This document shows positions 10,435-24,796 of a DNA stretch of 64,000 nucleotides, in pieces. The stretch is from positions 159,764 through 223,763 of the forward strand of contig MU008220.1 in NCBI GenBank assembly GCA_010909165.1, written 5' to 3'. The notes beneath the pieces were generated by a model. It was not told the origin of the DNA and made no database searches. It was given only the letters and a program-made list of their open reading frames with translations. Each line of letters opens with the position of its first letter. The first letter of the stretch is position 1. Origin of the DNA: Anthoceros angustus. Its lineage: Eukaryota; Plantae; Anthocerotophyta. The position numbers and the translations under genes are program-made.

Positions 10435-13400
10435 TTATTGAGGGCAAAACATTGCCGGAAAAAGCCCATCCAAAGAAAGGACAACCAAGGGGACCTAAGG
10501 ATCGAGGTGAAAGGAGCAACAAAGCTCCCTACCGTAAGCTTCGATTGCGCCTACGATGTCGTGATGGAAGAGAAAACGCCCTACAAACTACGGAGGTTGA
10601 GGAGGATGCGCCGCCTAATGTCGCCGCTTTGTGGATGACCGAGAGAGGGCTTGTTGAAGAGCAATTGAAACTCGTTGTCTAAAGAATGCCGTGAAATAAG
10701 TTAGAGAGGGACAGCCTCGTAGGCATGATAAGCCTTAGCGCAGGACTTGAGAAAAGTATCAAAGTCCCGAGCCAACGCCCATATGTTTCAAGGGTGAGCG
10801 GAATGAATTGGTGGCCCGCTTGCATCGCGCTATATTCCCTGACTTTGATAGCCGCCGCTCCGGCCGCAGCCCAACTTGCATGGTTAGTGATAACCCGTGC
10901 AGTGATGGAGTCGCGTGAAGGCTCAGTTACCACCACATCCACCATCAAAACCTCGTTGCCGCGGACGAGGTACAAGTCACCGATTGACCGACCAAGATGA
11001 AGAGTGTACCCCGCTCCTCCAGGCTATGTAGGCACGCAAACGTGATATCACAGATGGTGTCATGGGTGGAAATGCGATGATCCCATGGGGGTAACGAGCA
11101 AGGTGTATCCCGAGTCATCAAGGCGAGCCGCATTCGCAAGTAAGGAGAGAGGAAGCCACGGGCTGGAGCAGCCAAGACGGAAGCGCATCGCAGAGAGAAG
11201 GTGGTTGGTGCGATGTGAAAGCCTTGTATACATGGACGAGCCAATAGCTGTGCACTGCGCCGTAGAGGAAGAGCAAAGCGCACTCTCGTGGACCTCGGAA
11301 TGGAGGGGTCCATGAGGACGGACTAGAAGGCCTTACAAAGTTGCTTCTCGCGGGGATGCTTACAACCAAGGGGACCTAAGGATCGAGGTGAAAGGAGCAA
11401 CAAAGCTCCCTACCGTAAGCTTCGATTGCGCCTACGATGTCGTATGGGAAGAGAAAACGCCCTACAAACTACGGAGGTTGAGGAGGATGCCTAATGTCGC
11501 CGCTTTGTGGATGACCGAGAGAGGGCTTGTTGAAGAGCAATTGAAACTCGTTGTCTAAAGAATGCCGTGAAATAAGTTAGAGAGGGACAGCCCTGCGCAC
11601 GGGGCATGATAAGCCTTAGCGCAGACTTGAGAAAAGTATCAAAGTCCCGAGCCAACGCCCATATGTTTCAAGGGTGAGGAATGAATTGGTGGCCCGCTTG
11701 CATCGCGCTATATTCGACTTTGATAGCCGCCGCCGCAGCCCAACTTGCATAGTTAGTGATAACCCGTGCGGATGGAGTCGCGTGAAGGCTCGATTACCAC
11801 CACATCCACCATCAAAACCGTTGCCGCGGACGAGGTACAAGTCACCGATTGACCGACCAAGATGAAGAGTGTACCCCGCTCCTCCAGCTATGTAGGCACG
11901 CAAACGTGACATCACAGATGGTGTCATGGGTGGAAATGCGATGATCCCATGGGGGTAACGAGCAAGGTGTATCCCGAGTCATCAAGGCGAGCCGCATTCG
12001 CAAGTAAGGAGAGAGGAAGCCACGGGCTGGAGCAGCCAAGGCAGCGCATCGCAGAGAGAAGGTGGTTGGTGCGATGTGAAAGCCTTGTATACATGGACGA
12101 GCCAATAGCTGTGCACTGCGCCGTAGAGGAAGAGCAAAGCGCACTCTCGTGGACCTCGGAATGGAGGGGTCCATGAGGACGGACTAGAAGGCCTTACAAA
12201 GTTGCTTCTCGCGGGGATGCTTACAAGCCACGGGCAACGTGCGGATGAGATAACTGTGGCGCCTAGCAAAAGAAGAGAAAGAGATCCGCCTCATTACGAT
12301 AGTAGTTGTTAAAATCTATTTCTTCCGTGTCACCCATGGAAATCAACTCAATATCTATTCTTGAACCGAGAGAGAGATACACCTATGGACTAAGTTTAGA
12401 AGTATTAAAAGAAGATATAGAAAAACTAAATTTTTATTGAGGGCAAAACATTCTGGAAAAAGCCCATCCAAAGAAAGGACAACCAAGGGGACCTAAGGAT
12501 CGAGGTGAAAGGAGCAACAAAGCTCCCTACCGTAAGCTCCGATTGCGCCTACGATGTCGTGATGGAAGAGAAAACGCCCTACAAACTACGGAGGTTGAGG
12601 AGGATGCGTCGCCTAATGTCGCCGCTTTGTGGATGACCGAGAGAGGGCTTGTTGAAGAGCAATTGAAACTCGTTGTCTAAAGAATGCCGTGAAATAAGTT
12701 AGAGAGGGACAGCCGCTCGTGCCTACGGGCATGATAAGCCTTAGCGCAGACTTGAGAAAAGTATCAAAGTCCCGAGCCAACGCCCATATGTTTCAAGGGT
12801 GAGCGGAATGAATTGGTGGCCCGCTTGCATCGCGCTATATTCCCCGACTTTGATAGCCGCCGCCGCAGCCCAACTGCATAGTTAGTGATAACCCGTGCGG
12901 ATGGAGTCGCGTGAAGGCTCGATTACCACATCCACCATCAAAACCGTTGCCGCGGACGAGGTACAAGTCACCGATTGACCGACCAAGATGAAGAGTGTAC
13001 CGCTCCTCCGGGCTATGTAGGCACGCAAACGTGACATCACAGATGGTGTCATGGGTGGAAATGCGATGATCCCATGGGGGTAACGAGCAAGGTGTATCCC
13101 GAGTCATCAAGGCGAGCCGCATTCGCAAGTAAGGAGAGAGGAAGCCACGGGCTGGAGCAGCCAAGACGGAAGCGCATCGCAGAGAGAAGGTGGTTGGTGC
13201 GATGTGAAAGCCTTGTATACATGGACGAGCCAATAGCTGTGCACTGCGCCGTAGAGGAAGAGCAAAGCGCACTCTCGTGGACCTCGGAATGGAGGGGTCC
13301 ATGAGGACGGACTAGAAGGCCTTACAAAGTTGCTTCTCGCGGGGATGCTTACAACCAAGGGGACCTAAGGATCGAGGTGAAAAGGAGCAACAAAGCTCCC

Positions 13401-16400
13401 TACCGTAAGCTTCGATTGCGCCTACGATGTCGCGGGAAGAGAAAACGCCCTACAAACTACGGAGGTTGAGGAGGATCGTCGCCTAATGTCGCCGCTTTGT
13501 GGATGACCGAGAGAGGGCTTGTTGAAGAGCAATTGAAACTCGTTGTCTAAAGAATGCCGTGAAATAAGTTAGAGAGGGACAGCCCGCTCACGGGGCATGA
13601 TAAGCCTTAGCGCAGACTTGAGAAAAGTATCAAAGTCCCGAGCCAACGCCCATATGTTTCAAGGGTGAGCGGAATGAATTGGTGGCCCGCTTGCATCGCG
13701 CTATATTCTCGACTTTGATAGCCGCCGCCGCAGCCCAACTGCATAGTTAGTGATAACCCGTGCGGATGGAGTCGCGTGAAGGCTCGATTACCACCACATC
13801 CACCATCAAAACGTTGCCGCGGACGAGGTACAAGTCACCGATTGACCGACCAAGATGAAGAGTGTACCCCGCTCCCTCCAGGCTATGTAGGCACGCAAAC
13901 GTGACATCACAGATGGTGTCATGGGTGGAAATGCGATGATCCCATGGGGGTAACGAGCAAGGTGTATCCCGGAGTCATCAAGGCGAGCCGCATTCGCAAG
14001 TAAGGAGAGAGGAAGCCACGGCCGGAGCAGCCAAGACAAGCGCATCGCAGAGAGAAGGTGGTTGCGATGTGAAAGCCTTGTATACATGGACGAGCCAATA
14101 GCTGTGCACTGCGCCTTCGTAGAGGAAGAGCAAAGCACTCGTGGACCTCGGAATGGAGGGGTCCATGAGGACGGACTAGAAGGCCTTACAAAGTTGCTTC
14201 TCAGGATGCTTACAACCCCTCAAGCCACGGGGCAACGTGCGGATGAGATAACTGTGGCGCCTAGCAAAAGAAGAGAAAGAGATCCGCCTCATTACGATAG
14301 TAGTTGTTAAAATCTATTTCTTCCGTGTCACCCATGGAAATCAACTCAATATCTATTCTTGAACCGAGAGAGAGATACACCTATGGACGAAGTTTAGAAG
14401 TATTAAAAGAAGATATAGAAAAACTAAATTTTTATTGAGGGCAAAACATTGGAAAAAGCCCATCCAAAGAAAGGACAACCAAGGGGACCTAAGGATCGAG
14501 GTGAAAAGGAGCAACAAAGCTCCCTACCGTAAGCTCCGATTGCGCCTACGATGTCGTGCGGGAAGAGAAAACGCCCTACAAACTACGGAGGTTGAGGAGG
14601 ATCGTCGCCTAATGTCGCCGCTTTGTGGATGACCGAGAGAGGGCTTGTTGAAGAGCAATTGAAACTCGTTGTCTAAAGAATGCCGTGAAATAAGTTAGAG
14701 AGGGACAGCCCGCTCCGTGCCTACGGGCATGATAAGCCTTAGCGCAGACTTGAGAAAAGTATCAAAGTCCCGAGCCAACGCCCATATGTTTCAAGGGTGA
14801 GCGGAATGAATTGGTGGCCCGCTTGCATCGCGCTATATTCGACTTTGATAGCCGCCGCCGCAGCCCAACTGCATAGTTAGTGATAACCCGTGCGGATGGA
14901 GTCGCGTGAAGGCTCGATTACCACCACATCCACCATCAAAACCCGTTGCCGCGGACGAGGTACAAGTCACCGATTGACCGACCAAGATGAAGAGTGTACC
15001 CCGCTCCCTCCAGGCTATGTAGGCACGCAAACGTGACATCAGATGGTGTCATGGGTGGAAATGCGATGATCCCATGGGGGTAACGAGCAAGGTGTATCCC
15101 GGAGTCATCAAGGCGAGCCGCATTCGCAAGTAAGGAGAGAGGAAGCCACGGGCTGGAGCAGCCAAGGCAGCGCATCGCAGAGAGAAGGTGGTTGGTGCGA
15201 TGTGAAAGCCTTGTATACATGGACGAGCCAATAGCTGTGCACTGCGCCTTCAGAGAGGAAGAGCAAAGCGCACTCGTGGACCTCGGAATGGAGGGGTCCA
15301 TGAGGACGGACTAGAAGGCCTTACAAAGTTGCTTCTCGCGGGGATGCTTACAACCCCTCAAGCCACGGGGCAACGTGCGGATGAGATAACCAGGCGCCTA
15401 GCAAAAGAAGAGAAAAGTATACCAAAGGCCATCCGCATCCTCCGCAAAGAGAAGTCCTCGATGTGGGAGAGGTCTTCCATGAGCCCGGACGAGGAACCTC
15501 CAAATGAAGTCAAGAGAAGCAAAGGGACTCCCAAAACTGCAGTCGGGCTAGAGCAATATTCTCCCCGCAGAATCAAAGAGAAAGAGATCCGCCTCATTAC
15601 GATAGTAGTTGTTAAAATCTATTTCTTCCGTGTCACCCATGGAAATCAACTCAATATCTATTCTTGAACCGAGAGAGAGAGATACACCTATGGACGAAGT
15701 TTAGAAGTATTAAAAGAAGATATAGAAAAACTAAATTTTTATTGAGGGCAAAACATTCGGAAAAAGCCCATCCAAAGAAAGGACAACCAAGGGGACCTAA
15801 GGATCGAGGTGAAAAGGAGCAACAAAGCTCCCTACCGTAAGCTCGATTGCGCCTACGATGTCGTATGGGAAGAGAAAACGCCCTACAAACTACGGAGGTT
15901 GAGGAGGATGCGTCGCCTAATGTCGCTTTGTGGATGACCGAGAGAGGGCTTGTTGAAGAGCAATTGAAACTCGTTGTCTAAAGAATGCCGTGAAATAAGT
16001 TAGAGAGGGACAGCCCGCTCCGTGCCTACGGGCATGATAAGCCTTAGACTTGAGAAAAGTATCAAAGTCCCGAGCCAACGCCCATGTGTTTCAAGGGTGA
16101 GCGGAATGAATTGGTGGCCCGCTTGCATCGCGCTATATTCGACTTTGATAGCCGCCGCCGCAGCCCAACTGCATAGTTAGTGATAACCCGTGCGGTGATG
16201 GAGTCGCGTGAAGGCTCGATTACCACCACATCCACCATCAAAACGTTGCCGCGGACGAGGTACAAGTCACCGATTGACCGACCAAGATGAAGAGTGTACC
16301 CCGCTCCCTCCAGCTATGTAGGCACGCAAACGTGACATCACAGATGGTGTCATGGGTGGAAATGCGATGATCCCATGGGGGTAACGAGCAAGGTGTATCC

Positions 16401-19400
16401 CGAGTCATCAAGGCGAGCCGCATTCGCAAGTAAGGAGAGAGGAAGCCACGGGCTGGAGCAGCCAAGGCAGGCGCATCAGAGAAGGTGGTTGGTGCGATGT
16501 GAAAGCCTTGTATACATGGACGAGCCAATAGCTGTGCACTGCGCCTTCGTGAGGAAGAGCAAAGCGCACTCGTGGACCTCGGAATGGAGGGGTCCATGAG
16601 GACGGACTAGAAGGCCTTACAAAGTTGCTTCTCGCGGGGATGCTTACAACCCCTCAAGCCACGGGGCAACGTGCGGATGAGATAACCAGGCGCCTAGCAA
16701 AAGAAGAGAAAAGTATACCAAAGGCCATCCGTGCATCCTCCGCAAAGAGAAGTCCTCGCGATGTGGGAGAGGTCTTCATGAGCCCGGACGAGGAACCTCA
16801 AATGAAGTCAAGAGAAGCAAAGGGACTCCCAAAACTGCAGTCGGGCTAGAGCAATATTCTCCCCGCAGAATCGCAAAGTAGGGGTGATCTCCGACAGAGA
16901 CCAGACACGACTTGGACAGCTTGACCTTCAAGCCCACCAAAGAAAGCTCATGTGAGAAGAGCTCAAGGCCTCCTTGACCTTGTCCCTCTAGAGGCTCGAG
17001 GATGTGAGAGTCATCTACCGGCGGGAAGAGAAAACGCCCTACAAACTACGGAGGTTGAGGAGGATGCGTCGCCTAATGTCGCCGCTTTGTGGATGACCGA
17101 GAGAGGGCTTGTTGAAGAGCAATTGAAACTCGTTGTCTAAAGAATGCCGTGAAATAAGTTAGAGAGGGACAGCCCGCTCCGTGCCTACGGGCATGATAAG
17201 CCTTAGCGCAGGACTTGAGAAAAGTATCAAAGTCCCGAGCCAACGCCCATATGTTTCAAGGGTGAGCGGAATGAATTGGTGGCCCGCTTGCATCGCGCTA
17301 TATTCCCCGACTTTGATAGCCGCCGCCGCAGCCCAACTGCATAGTTAGTGATAACCCGTGCGGTGATGGAGTCGCGTGAAGGCTCGATTACCACCACATC
17401 CACCATCAAAACCGTTGCCGCGGACGAGGTACAAGTCACCGATTGACCGACCAAGATGAAGAGTGTACCCCGCTCCTCCAGGCTATGTAGGCACGCAAAC
17501 GTGACATCACAGATGGTGTCATGGGTGGAAATGCGATGATCCCATGGGGGCAAGGTGTATCCCGAGTCATCAAGGCGAGCCGCATTCGCAAGTAAGGAGA
17601 GAGGAAGCCACGGGCTGGAGCAGCCAAGGCAGCGCATCGCAGAGAGAAGGTGGTTGGTGCGATGTGAAAGCCTTGTATACATGGACGAGCCAATAGCTGT
17701 GCACTGCGCCTTCGTGAGGAAGAGCAAAGCTGCACTCGTGGACCTCGGAATGGAGGGGTCCATGAGGACGGACTAGAAGGCCTTACAAAGTTGCTTCTCG
17801 CGGGGATGCTTACAACCCCTCAAGCCACGGGGCAACGTGGATGAGATAACCAGGCGCCTAGCAAAAGAAGAGAAAAGTATACCAAAGGCCATCCGTGCAT
17901 CCTCCGGCAAAGAGAAGTCCTCGCGATGTGGGAGAGGTCTTCCATGAGCCCGGACGAGGAACCTCAAATGAAGTCAAGAGAAGCAAAGGGACTCCCAAAA
18001 TCCATGAGCAGGGGCTAGAGCAATATTCTCCCAGAGAATCGCAAAGTAGGGGTGATCTCCGAGAGACCAGACACGGCACTTGGACAGCTTGACCTTCAAG
18101 CCCACCAAAGAAAGCTCATGTGAGAAGAGCTCGAAGGCCTCCTTGACCTTGTCCCTCTAGAGGCTCGAGGATGTGAGAGTCATCTACCAGCGAAGGGAAG
18201 ACATAGTCACATGCAGAGGAGGCAGCCTGGATAGGGCCTGTAGTGAGCGATTGCAAAGAGAGCACCTCCCAGGGTCGCCCTACGATACATGGGCGACTCC
18301 AAGACAAAGATGGCAAATCGATGGTAATGCGTTCTTGTCGATAGTAGAGATTGGAGGACCTCCGTAGAAGCTCGACAAAGGGTATAAGGCTCCCCAAGAC
18401 ACCTCCAGCGTCCTTGAGTTCCTCAAGATATGACGCCTCTAGAGATAGTATTGAAGGCGTTTCTCCACGTCCACTTGTAAGACCACCCACTGGTGGATAT
18501 AGAGGCATGCCATCACTCCAAACACCACGGACTCGCAACCCCGTGAGCTCCTAGAGAAGGAGGCATTGCCGCATTATTTAGTACGGCCGAGCCACTTGTT
18601 CTCGATGAGGCTTTGCCGGAAGAGTACAAATGGTGGGAGCCTGTTGATTAGGAGGAGATTGGTGTTATAGTGGACAACCATATCGGGCTGGTTCGCAACG
18701 CCATGGAAGTGGTTTTCTAGGTTGGAGGCCGATGGCACGGTCGAGCCACTTGTTCTCGATGAGGCTTTCTGAAGCGATAATCCTTTATTATGGAACTTCC
18801 ACAACGCGATATGTATTTGGGGGCATATAAAAACTTGTGCATGCAACAAGAAGAAAAGTATACCAAAGGCCATCCGCATCCTCCGCAAAGAGAAGTCCTC
18901 GATGTGGGAGAGGTCTTCCGAGCCCTGGACGAGGAACCTCAAATGAAGTCAAGAGAAGCAAAGGGACTCCCAAAACTGCAGTCGGGCTAGAGCAATATTC
19001 TCCCCGCAGAATCGCAAAGTAGGGGTGATCTCCGACAGAGACCAGACACGACTTGGACAGCTTGACCTTCAAGCCCACCAAAGAAAGCTCATGTGAGAAG
19101 AGCTCAAGGCCTCCTTGACCTTGTCCCTCTAGAGGCTCGAGGATGTGAGAGTCATCTACCAAGGGAAGACATAGTCACATGCAGGAGGCAGCCTGGATAG
19201 GGCCCTGAGTGAGCGATTGCAAAGAGAGCACCTCCCAGGGTCGCCCTACCGACACTGTGGACGACTCCAAGACAAAGATGGCAAATCGATGGTAATGCGT
19301 TCTTGTCGATAGTAGAGATTGGAGGACCTCCGTAGAAGCTCGACAAAGGGTATAAGGCTCCCAAGACACCTCCAGCGTCCTTGAGTTCCTCAAGATATGA

Positions 19401-20980
19401 CGCCTAGAGATAGTATTGAAGGCGTTTCTCCACGTCCACTTGTAAGACCACCCACTGGTGGATATAGAGGCATGCCATCACTCCAAACACCACGGACTCG
19501 CAACCCTGTGAGCTCCTAGAGAAGGAGGCATTGCCGTACTATTTAGTACGGCCGCGCCTTACGTTAAATGGAAGAGTACAAATGGTGGGAGCAGCCTGTT
19601 GATTAGGAGGAGATTGGTGTTATAGTGGACAACCATATCGGGCTGGTTCGCAACGCCCATGGAAGTGGTTTTCTAGGTTGGAGGCCGATGGCACGGTCGA
19701 GCCACTTGTTCTCGATGAGGCTTTGCCGGAAGCAAGATATTATGGAACTTCCACAACGCGATATGTATTTGGGGGCATATAAAAACTTGTGCATGCAACA
19801 AGAAGAAATGACGCGTTTGAATGGCGATATTACGGAGATCAAGAAAGGAATGTTCCTAGCGTTCCTTGCACTATAGACACTCACAGGCCATTTTGGATTA
19901 AAAGATCATAGAAGTGAAGTTGGAATCATCGAAATCTCACTTCCTTGTTCGTTGGTATATGACCGAGCATACAAATGCTTATGAGGGAGATATGTGGAGG
20001 AAATATATAATTCAAGGAAGTGGAACCCAACATGGCTTCAAGCTAGGGAACAAAGGAGTAAAACCTTCTATCCCAAAAATATTCAACAGTCCATGTGAAA
20101 GCCTTGTATACATGGACGAGCCAATAGCTGTGCACTGCGCCTTCAGAGGAAGAGCAAAGCGCACTCGTGGACCTCGGAATGGAGGGGTCCATGAGGACGG
20201 ACTAGAAGGCCTTACAAAGTTGCTTCTCGCGGGGATGCTTACAACCCCTCAAGCCACGGGGCAACGTGCGGATGAGATAACCAGGCGCCTAGCAAAAGAA
20301 GAGAAAAGTATACCAAAGGCCATCCGTGCATCCTCCGGCAAAGAGAAGTCCTCGCGATGTGGGAGAGGTCTTCATGAGCCCGGACGAGGAACCTCCAAAT
20401 GAAGTCAAGAGAAGCAAAGGGACTCCCAAAACTGCAGTCGGGCTAGAGCAATATTCTCCCCGCAGAGAATCGCAGTAGGGGTGATCTCCGACAGAGACCA
20501 GACACGACTTGGACAGCTTGACCTTCAAGCCCACCAAAGAAAGCTCATGTGAGAAGAGCTCAAGGCCTCCTTGACCTTGTCCCTCTAGAGGCTCGAGGAT
20601 GTGAGAGTCATCTACCAAATGAAGGAAGACATAGTCACATGCAGAGGAGGCAGCCTGGATAGGGCCTGAGTGAGCGATTGCAAAGAGAGCACCTCCCAGG
20701 GTCGCCCTACCGACACTGTGGACGACTCCAAGACAAAGATGGCAAATCGATGGTACGCTTCGCCGATAGTAGAGATTGGAGGACCTCCGTAGAAGCTCGA
20801 CAAAGGGTATAAGGCTCCCAAGACACCTCCTGGCCCTTGAGTTCCTCAAGATATGACGCCTAGAGATAGTATTGAAGGCGTTTCTCCACGTCCACTTGTA
20901 AGACCACCCACTGGTGGATATAGAGGCATGCCATCACTCCAAACACCACGGACTCGCAACCCCGTGAGCTCCTAGAGAAG
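10435..20980 (-). mobile_element. Stack of about nine overlapping partial copies of the CRE-like RT/RLE element
   Basis: Repeated FIPLTLETYGRW / HRISTHDTICD / LVDDSHILEP segments; restarts at 11362, 12273, 13351, 14271, 15569, 17023, ~18850 and 20093. Confidence 0.85.
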
Positions 20981-23550
20981 GAGGCATTGCCGTACTATTT
21001 AGTACGGGCCGAGCCACTTCGTGTTCTCGATGAGGCTTTGCCGGAAGAGTACAAATGGTGGGAGCAGCCTGTTGATTAGGAGGAGATTGGTGTTATAGTG
21101 GACAACCATATCGGGCTGGTTCGCAACGCCATGGAAGTGGTTTTCTAGGTTGGAGGCCGATGGCACGGTCGAGCCACTGTTCTCGATGAGGCTTTGCCGG
21201 AAGAAGATATGTGGAACTTCCACAACGCGATATGTATTTGGGGGCATATAAAAACTTGTGCATGCAACAAGAAGAAATGACGCTTGAATGGCGATATTAC
21301 GGAGATCAAGAAAGGAATGTTCCTAGCGTTCCTTGCACTATAGACACTCACAAGCCATTTTGGATTAAAAGATCATAGAAGTGAAGTTGGAATCATCGAA
21401 ATCTCACTTCCTTGTTCGTTGGTATATGACCGAGCATACAAATGCTTATGAGGGAGATATGTGGAGGAAATATATAATTCAAGGAAGTGGAACCCAACAT
21501 GGCTTCAAGCTAGGGAACAAAGGAGTAAAACCTTCTATCCCAAAAATATTCAACAGTCCATGTGAACGAAACGATAATCCTTTATTATGGATTTGTGTTG
21601 AATGCTCGAAAGCATTTACATGTTGTTGACAAGAAAGCGATCAGGGATAAGTTGAGTGAATTACGTGGGTTCATACAGCCAGCAACTCAAAGGGCAGCTG
21701 ATCATGAAGATAGTGATGAAAATGGTGCTAACGACAAGCCCAGCCACGACGAAGGAGTGAACTCTGGAGATGAGTAAACTTGCTTGCATGGAGAAGGAAT
21801 TGGGAGGGGAGGCAATGGTTGCCGTATACTCAGATAAATGTAGGGATTCAGCTTCATCCAATTTAAATTATACTGTACTGCTTGTAGGGAGCCTTTGTTA
21901 TGGTATGTAAGCGGGTGAAAGCTTTTTGTCCATTGCCATCGTTTTGCAATAAAAAAACCATGTTTCTTTATACGTGTTTTTCAACACAACATTTAAATAA
22001 TGTACGGGTTGGGGCCGATTAGCCAGTGTCCCAAGAATATGGAAAATGTGTTGGCCATAGCCGGACACTTCGGCCAAGGATGACAAATATATATGCATGT
22101 TACCGCAGTCACCCCAGCCTTCTTGGATCGGTTGCTTGTGTTTGTTATGGTGCTTGTGGTACTGTGGGGACCGAATAGGGCAGCGGTAAACCTCCGGGAC
22201 AAGATAGGCAAGGCCGACCGGTGCCCCGCCTCCACTAGCAGCCCGCCAAGTATACGTTGCTTAAAACCCAGAGATGACCTTAACCCTTTGAAAACCCTAG
22301 ACTTCAAAATGTATTGAAGACTTTGGTTTTTGCGCTAACCATACTTTCCCACATTTGAGGCAAATCCGAGATAAGGGGATTGCTTTCCCGATGGTAAAGG
22401 TCACAGGTGGGTCTTACTTTGCCAAATCATATGGGTAAAGAATGCGAACACCCTTCTACGGCGTGTACCCATGTTGAAAAAGTGGGGCAAGGTGAATGGG
22501 ACACCCTTTTTTGTGGTACTTTCACTAAAAGGTGATATCCGACGATTTAAGACCCATGTGTGGTTAACCCTTTGGCACATGTTTAAGACAAAACCCTCAT
22601 CATGTATATTCCCCTTGAAGGTTTACGGTGTTGGGGGCTCTTGTAGGACCAACAAAAATCTCGCATGAACTCTAGGTGTAGCTCGTCCACAAACTCCTCC
22701 GCCTTGTTGCTCCACATTTGCGCCTTGACGGTGGGGGTTGTGCATTTTGAGCCTTCTTTCTGCGCCCGAGCCATGGTACTCCAACCACAAAGGAGAGAAA
22801 GGGAGAAGATGGAAAAGAGCAACTCGTTTGACGAGCAAGCTTGGCACCGCGACAGACAAATCAAGAGAGCAAAAGAGCTTAAGGTTGCATGCGGCGATGG
22901 TGGAGAGGGAGAGGTGCACACAAATAGAAAGATGCCCAAGATGAGAATTGAAGGGTGCGTTCTTATGCCTCGCATGTTGTCCTTGCCACCGTGCCTTAAT
23001 TGTCGGGCCTTGTTCAGATACACGTCCTCACAATCGAGCAACGGGGGCCACTCTAATCCTTTTGCTTATTATGCTGTTATACAAAGTGCCATATCATCCA
23101 CTTTACTCCATCCTTTCCTCGCACTGCCTTGTGGGGCCACTTTGATTCTCAACCACCCAACCACCTTAACAAAAGGTGCAACTCAACGTGACTATTAAGG
23201 TGGCTGAGCAAAGTGGCCAAAGCAACGTGGGTCTCTTCTCCGCGTCTTCCCGACTACCATCCTTCTCCATTTCATCCTCCTCGCACCTTTGATCCAATCC
23301 TCCGCTTTTGGGGAATCTTGGCGGCAATCCTTATTTTCCCATTCAAATCGTCTCAAAGAAAAGAAAATCACACACACAATCGCCTGGGTTATTAACATCC
23401 AATGCGGTCTCCCACATCGCCCTTCTCATTTGTTGGCATCCTCACCAACCTAGGAAGGTAATAAGGTCTTCACGACATCCTTTCCTCGCACCTTTGATCC
23501 AATCCTCCGCTTTTGGGAATCTTGGCGGCAATCCTTATTTTCCCATTCAA

Positions 23551-24135
23551 GGCAAGCAAAGGTAACATGGTTGCCCACAATCGCCCTCCTTCTCCATTTG
23601 TCCATACGAACAAGCGCCTCTTGGCCAAGCCCATGATTTGCATACCCAACTATCGTGGCCCATGTCACGACATCCTTTACGCTAACCTATCGAAAACCGT
23701 GTGCCTCTTCCGATTCACCACGGTTTGCGTACATGTCCAGACGATTGGCAATAAACAAGTTCGGTGGAATGTCAGCATGCAACATATCATGCCGCACTTT
23801 TACGCTAGATTCCGTGTCCACAAATGCACAAGCTTGAAGGGCTGCTACAAAGATGTGGGCATCCGCCTTCACACCGAGCGACACATCGCATAGTAAAGTT
23901 GTATCGCCTCATTAGGCTCCCCATGTGTAGCATGCGGAGATTATTGAAAACCACATGAAGGGATTTGGTTTGCCCACCCTCCGTAGCCTACCTCCGGATA
24001 CATACATCCGCAAGATATGGTTCCCCAAGTATGTGATTGACTCGTACCCAAGTTTGTTGTGAGATCATGAGCGTCATCCCACAACCATGTCCTTCTTATC
24101 GCACAAAGTTTTAGCACGACATATAAGATGGATCG
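23551..24135 (-). pseudogene. PLS-class pentatricopeptide-repeat gene fragment
   Basis: LGNHILRMY..KPNPFMWFSIISAHATHGEPNEAIQLY..KADAHIFVAALQACA..PNLFIANRL.DMYA..DVVTW..IVGYANHGLGQEAL..VTFACL. Confidence 0.88.
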
Positions 24136-24549
24136 AGGAATAGAATAGTCTATCTCGCGATTTCTGAGCTCCAACGGCCTCGAAGCTTTCCTACTCACAT
24201 AACGTCTTGATGGTTACAGTGTCACGACTCCCATATCCAATCCTCCGCACCTCCTGTGCTCAGCTTCTTGAGAGCTCGACTTGGAAGGAGAAGCACAATG
24301 ACCCACCGCATATTCAAAGAAACAAGCTTCTCATCCAACAAGTGGCTTGAACATGTTGTTTAACCGAGGACCTCACGGACTCCTTGCGAATGTCGGTGGC
24401 GAGCTCCTCTTACCTCGCCTAGTTTCCCACGCACAAGAGGGGAGTCCTAGGAAGTGGTGATGGGAGGCCTTGGTGTGGTCACACCGAGAAGCGGTGGCCG
24501 CTCAAGTCCGCTACAGTCCGTAGTCCTATCTATTCAAATAGGTAGGACT

Positions 24550-24796
24550 CAAGTCCTTGGTCTTTGGGGTTTGGGAAGAACAGACTCAAGTCCTTGGTCT
24601 TGAGGTTTGAATGATGTTCCTTGGTCCTTGGGAAAGTAGCAAGTAGATAGAAGCCTAGTCCTTGGTCTTGAGTTCGGAAGGATGTTCCTTGGTCCTTGGG
24701 AAAATGGTATGTAGATAGAAACCTAGTCCTTGGTCTTGGGGTTTGGAAGGATGTTCCTTGGTCCTTGGGAAAAGTAGCATGTAGATAGAAACCTAT
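24550..24796 (+). repeat. 68-69-bp minisatellite (~3.5 copies) built on a CCTTGGTC core
   Basis: GTTCCTTGGTCCTTGGGAAA..GTAGATAGAA.CCTAGTCCTTGGTCTTG starts at 24616, 24684 and 24753. Confidence 0.9.

Noticed and set aside
24550-24796. CRISPR-like repeat-spacer array
   Set aside because: The intervening sequences are themselves repeated rather than unique spacers, there are no cas genes, and the context is eukaryotic.
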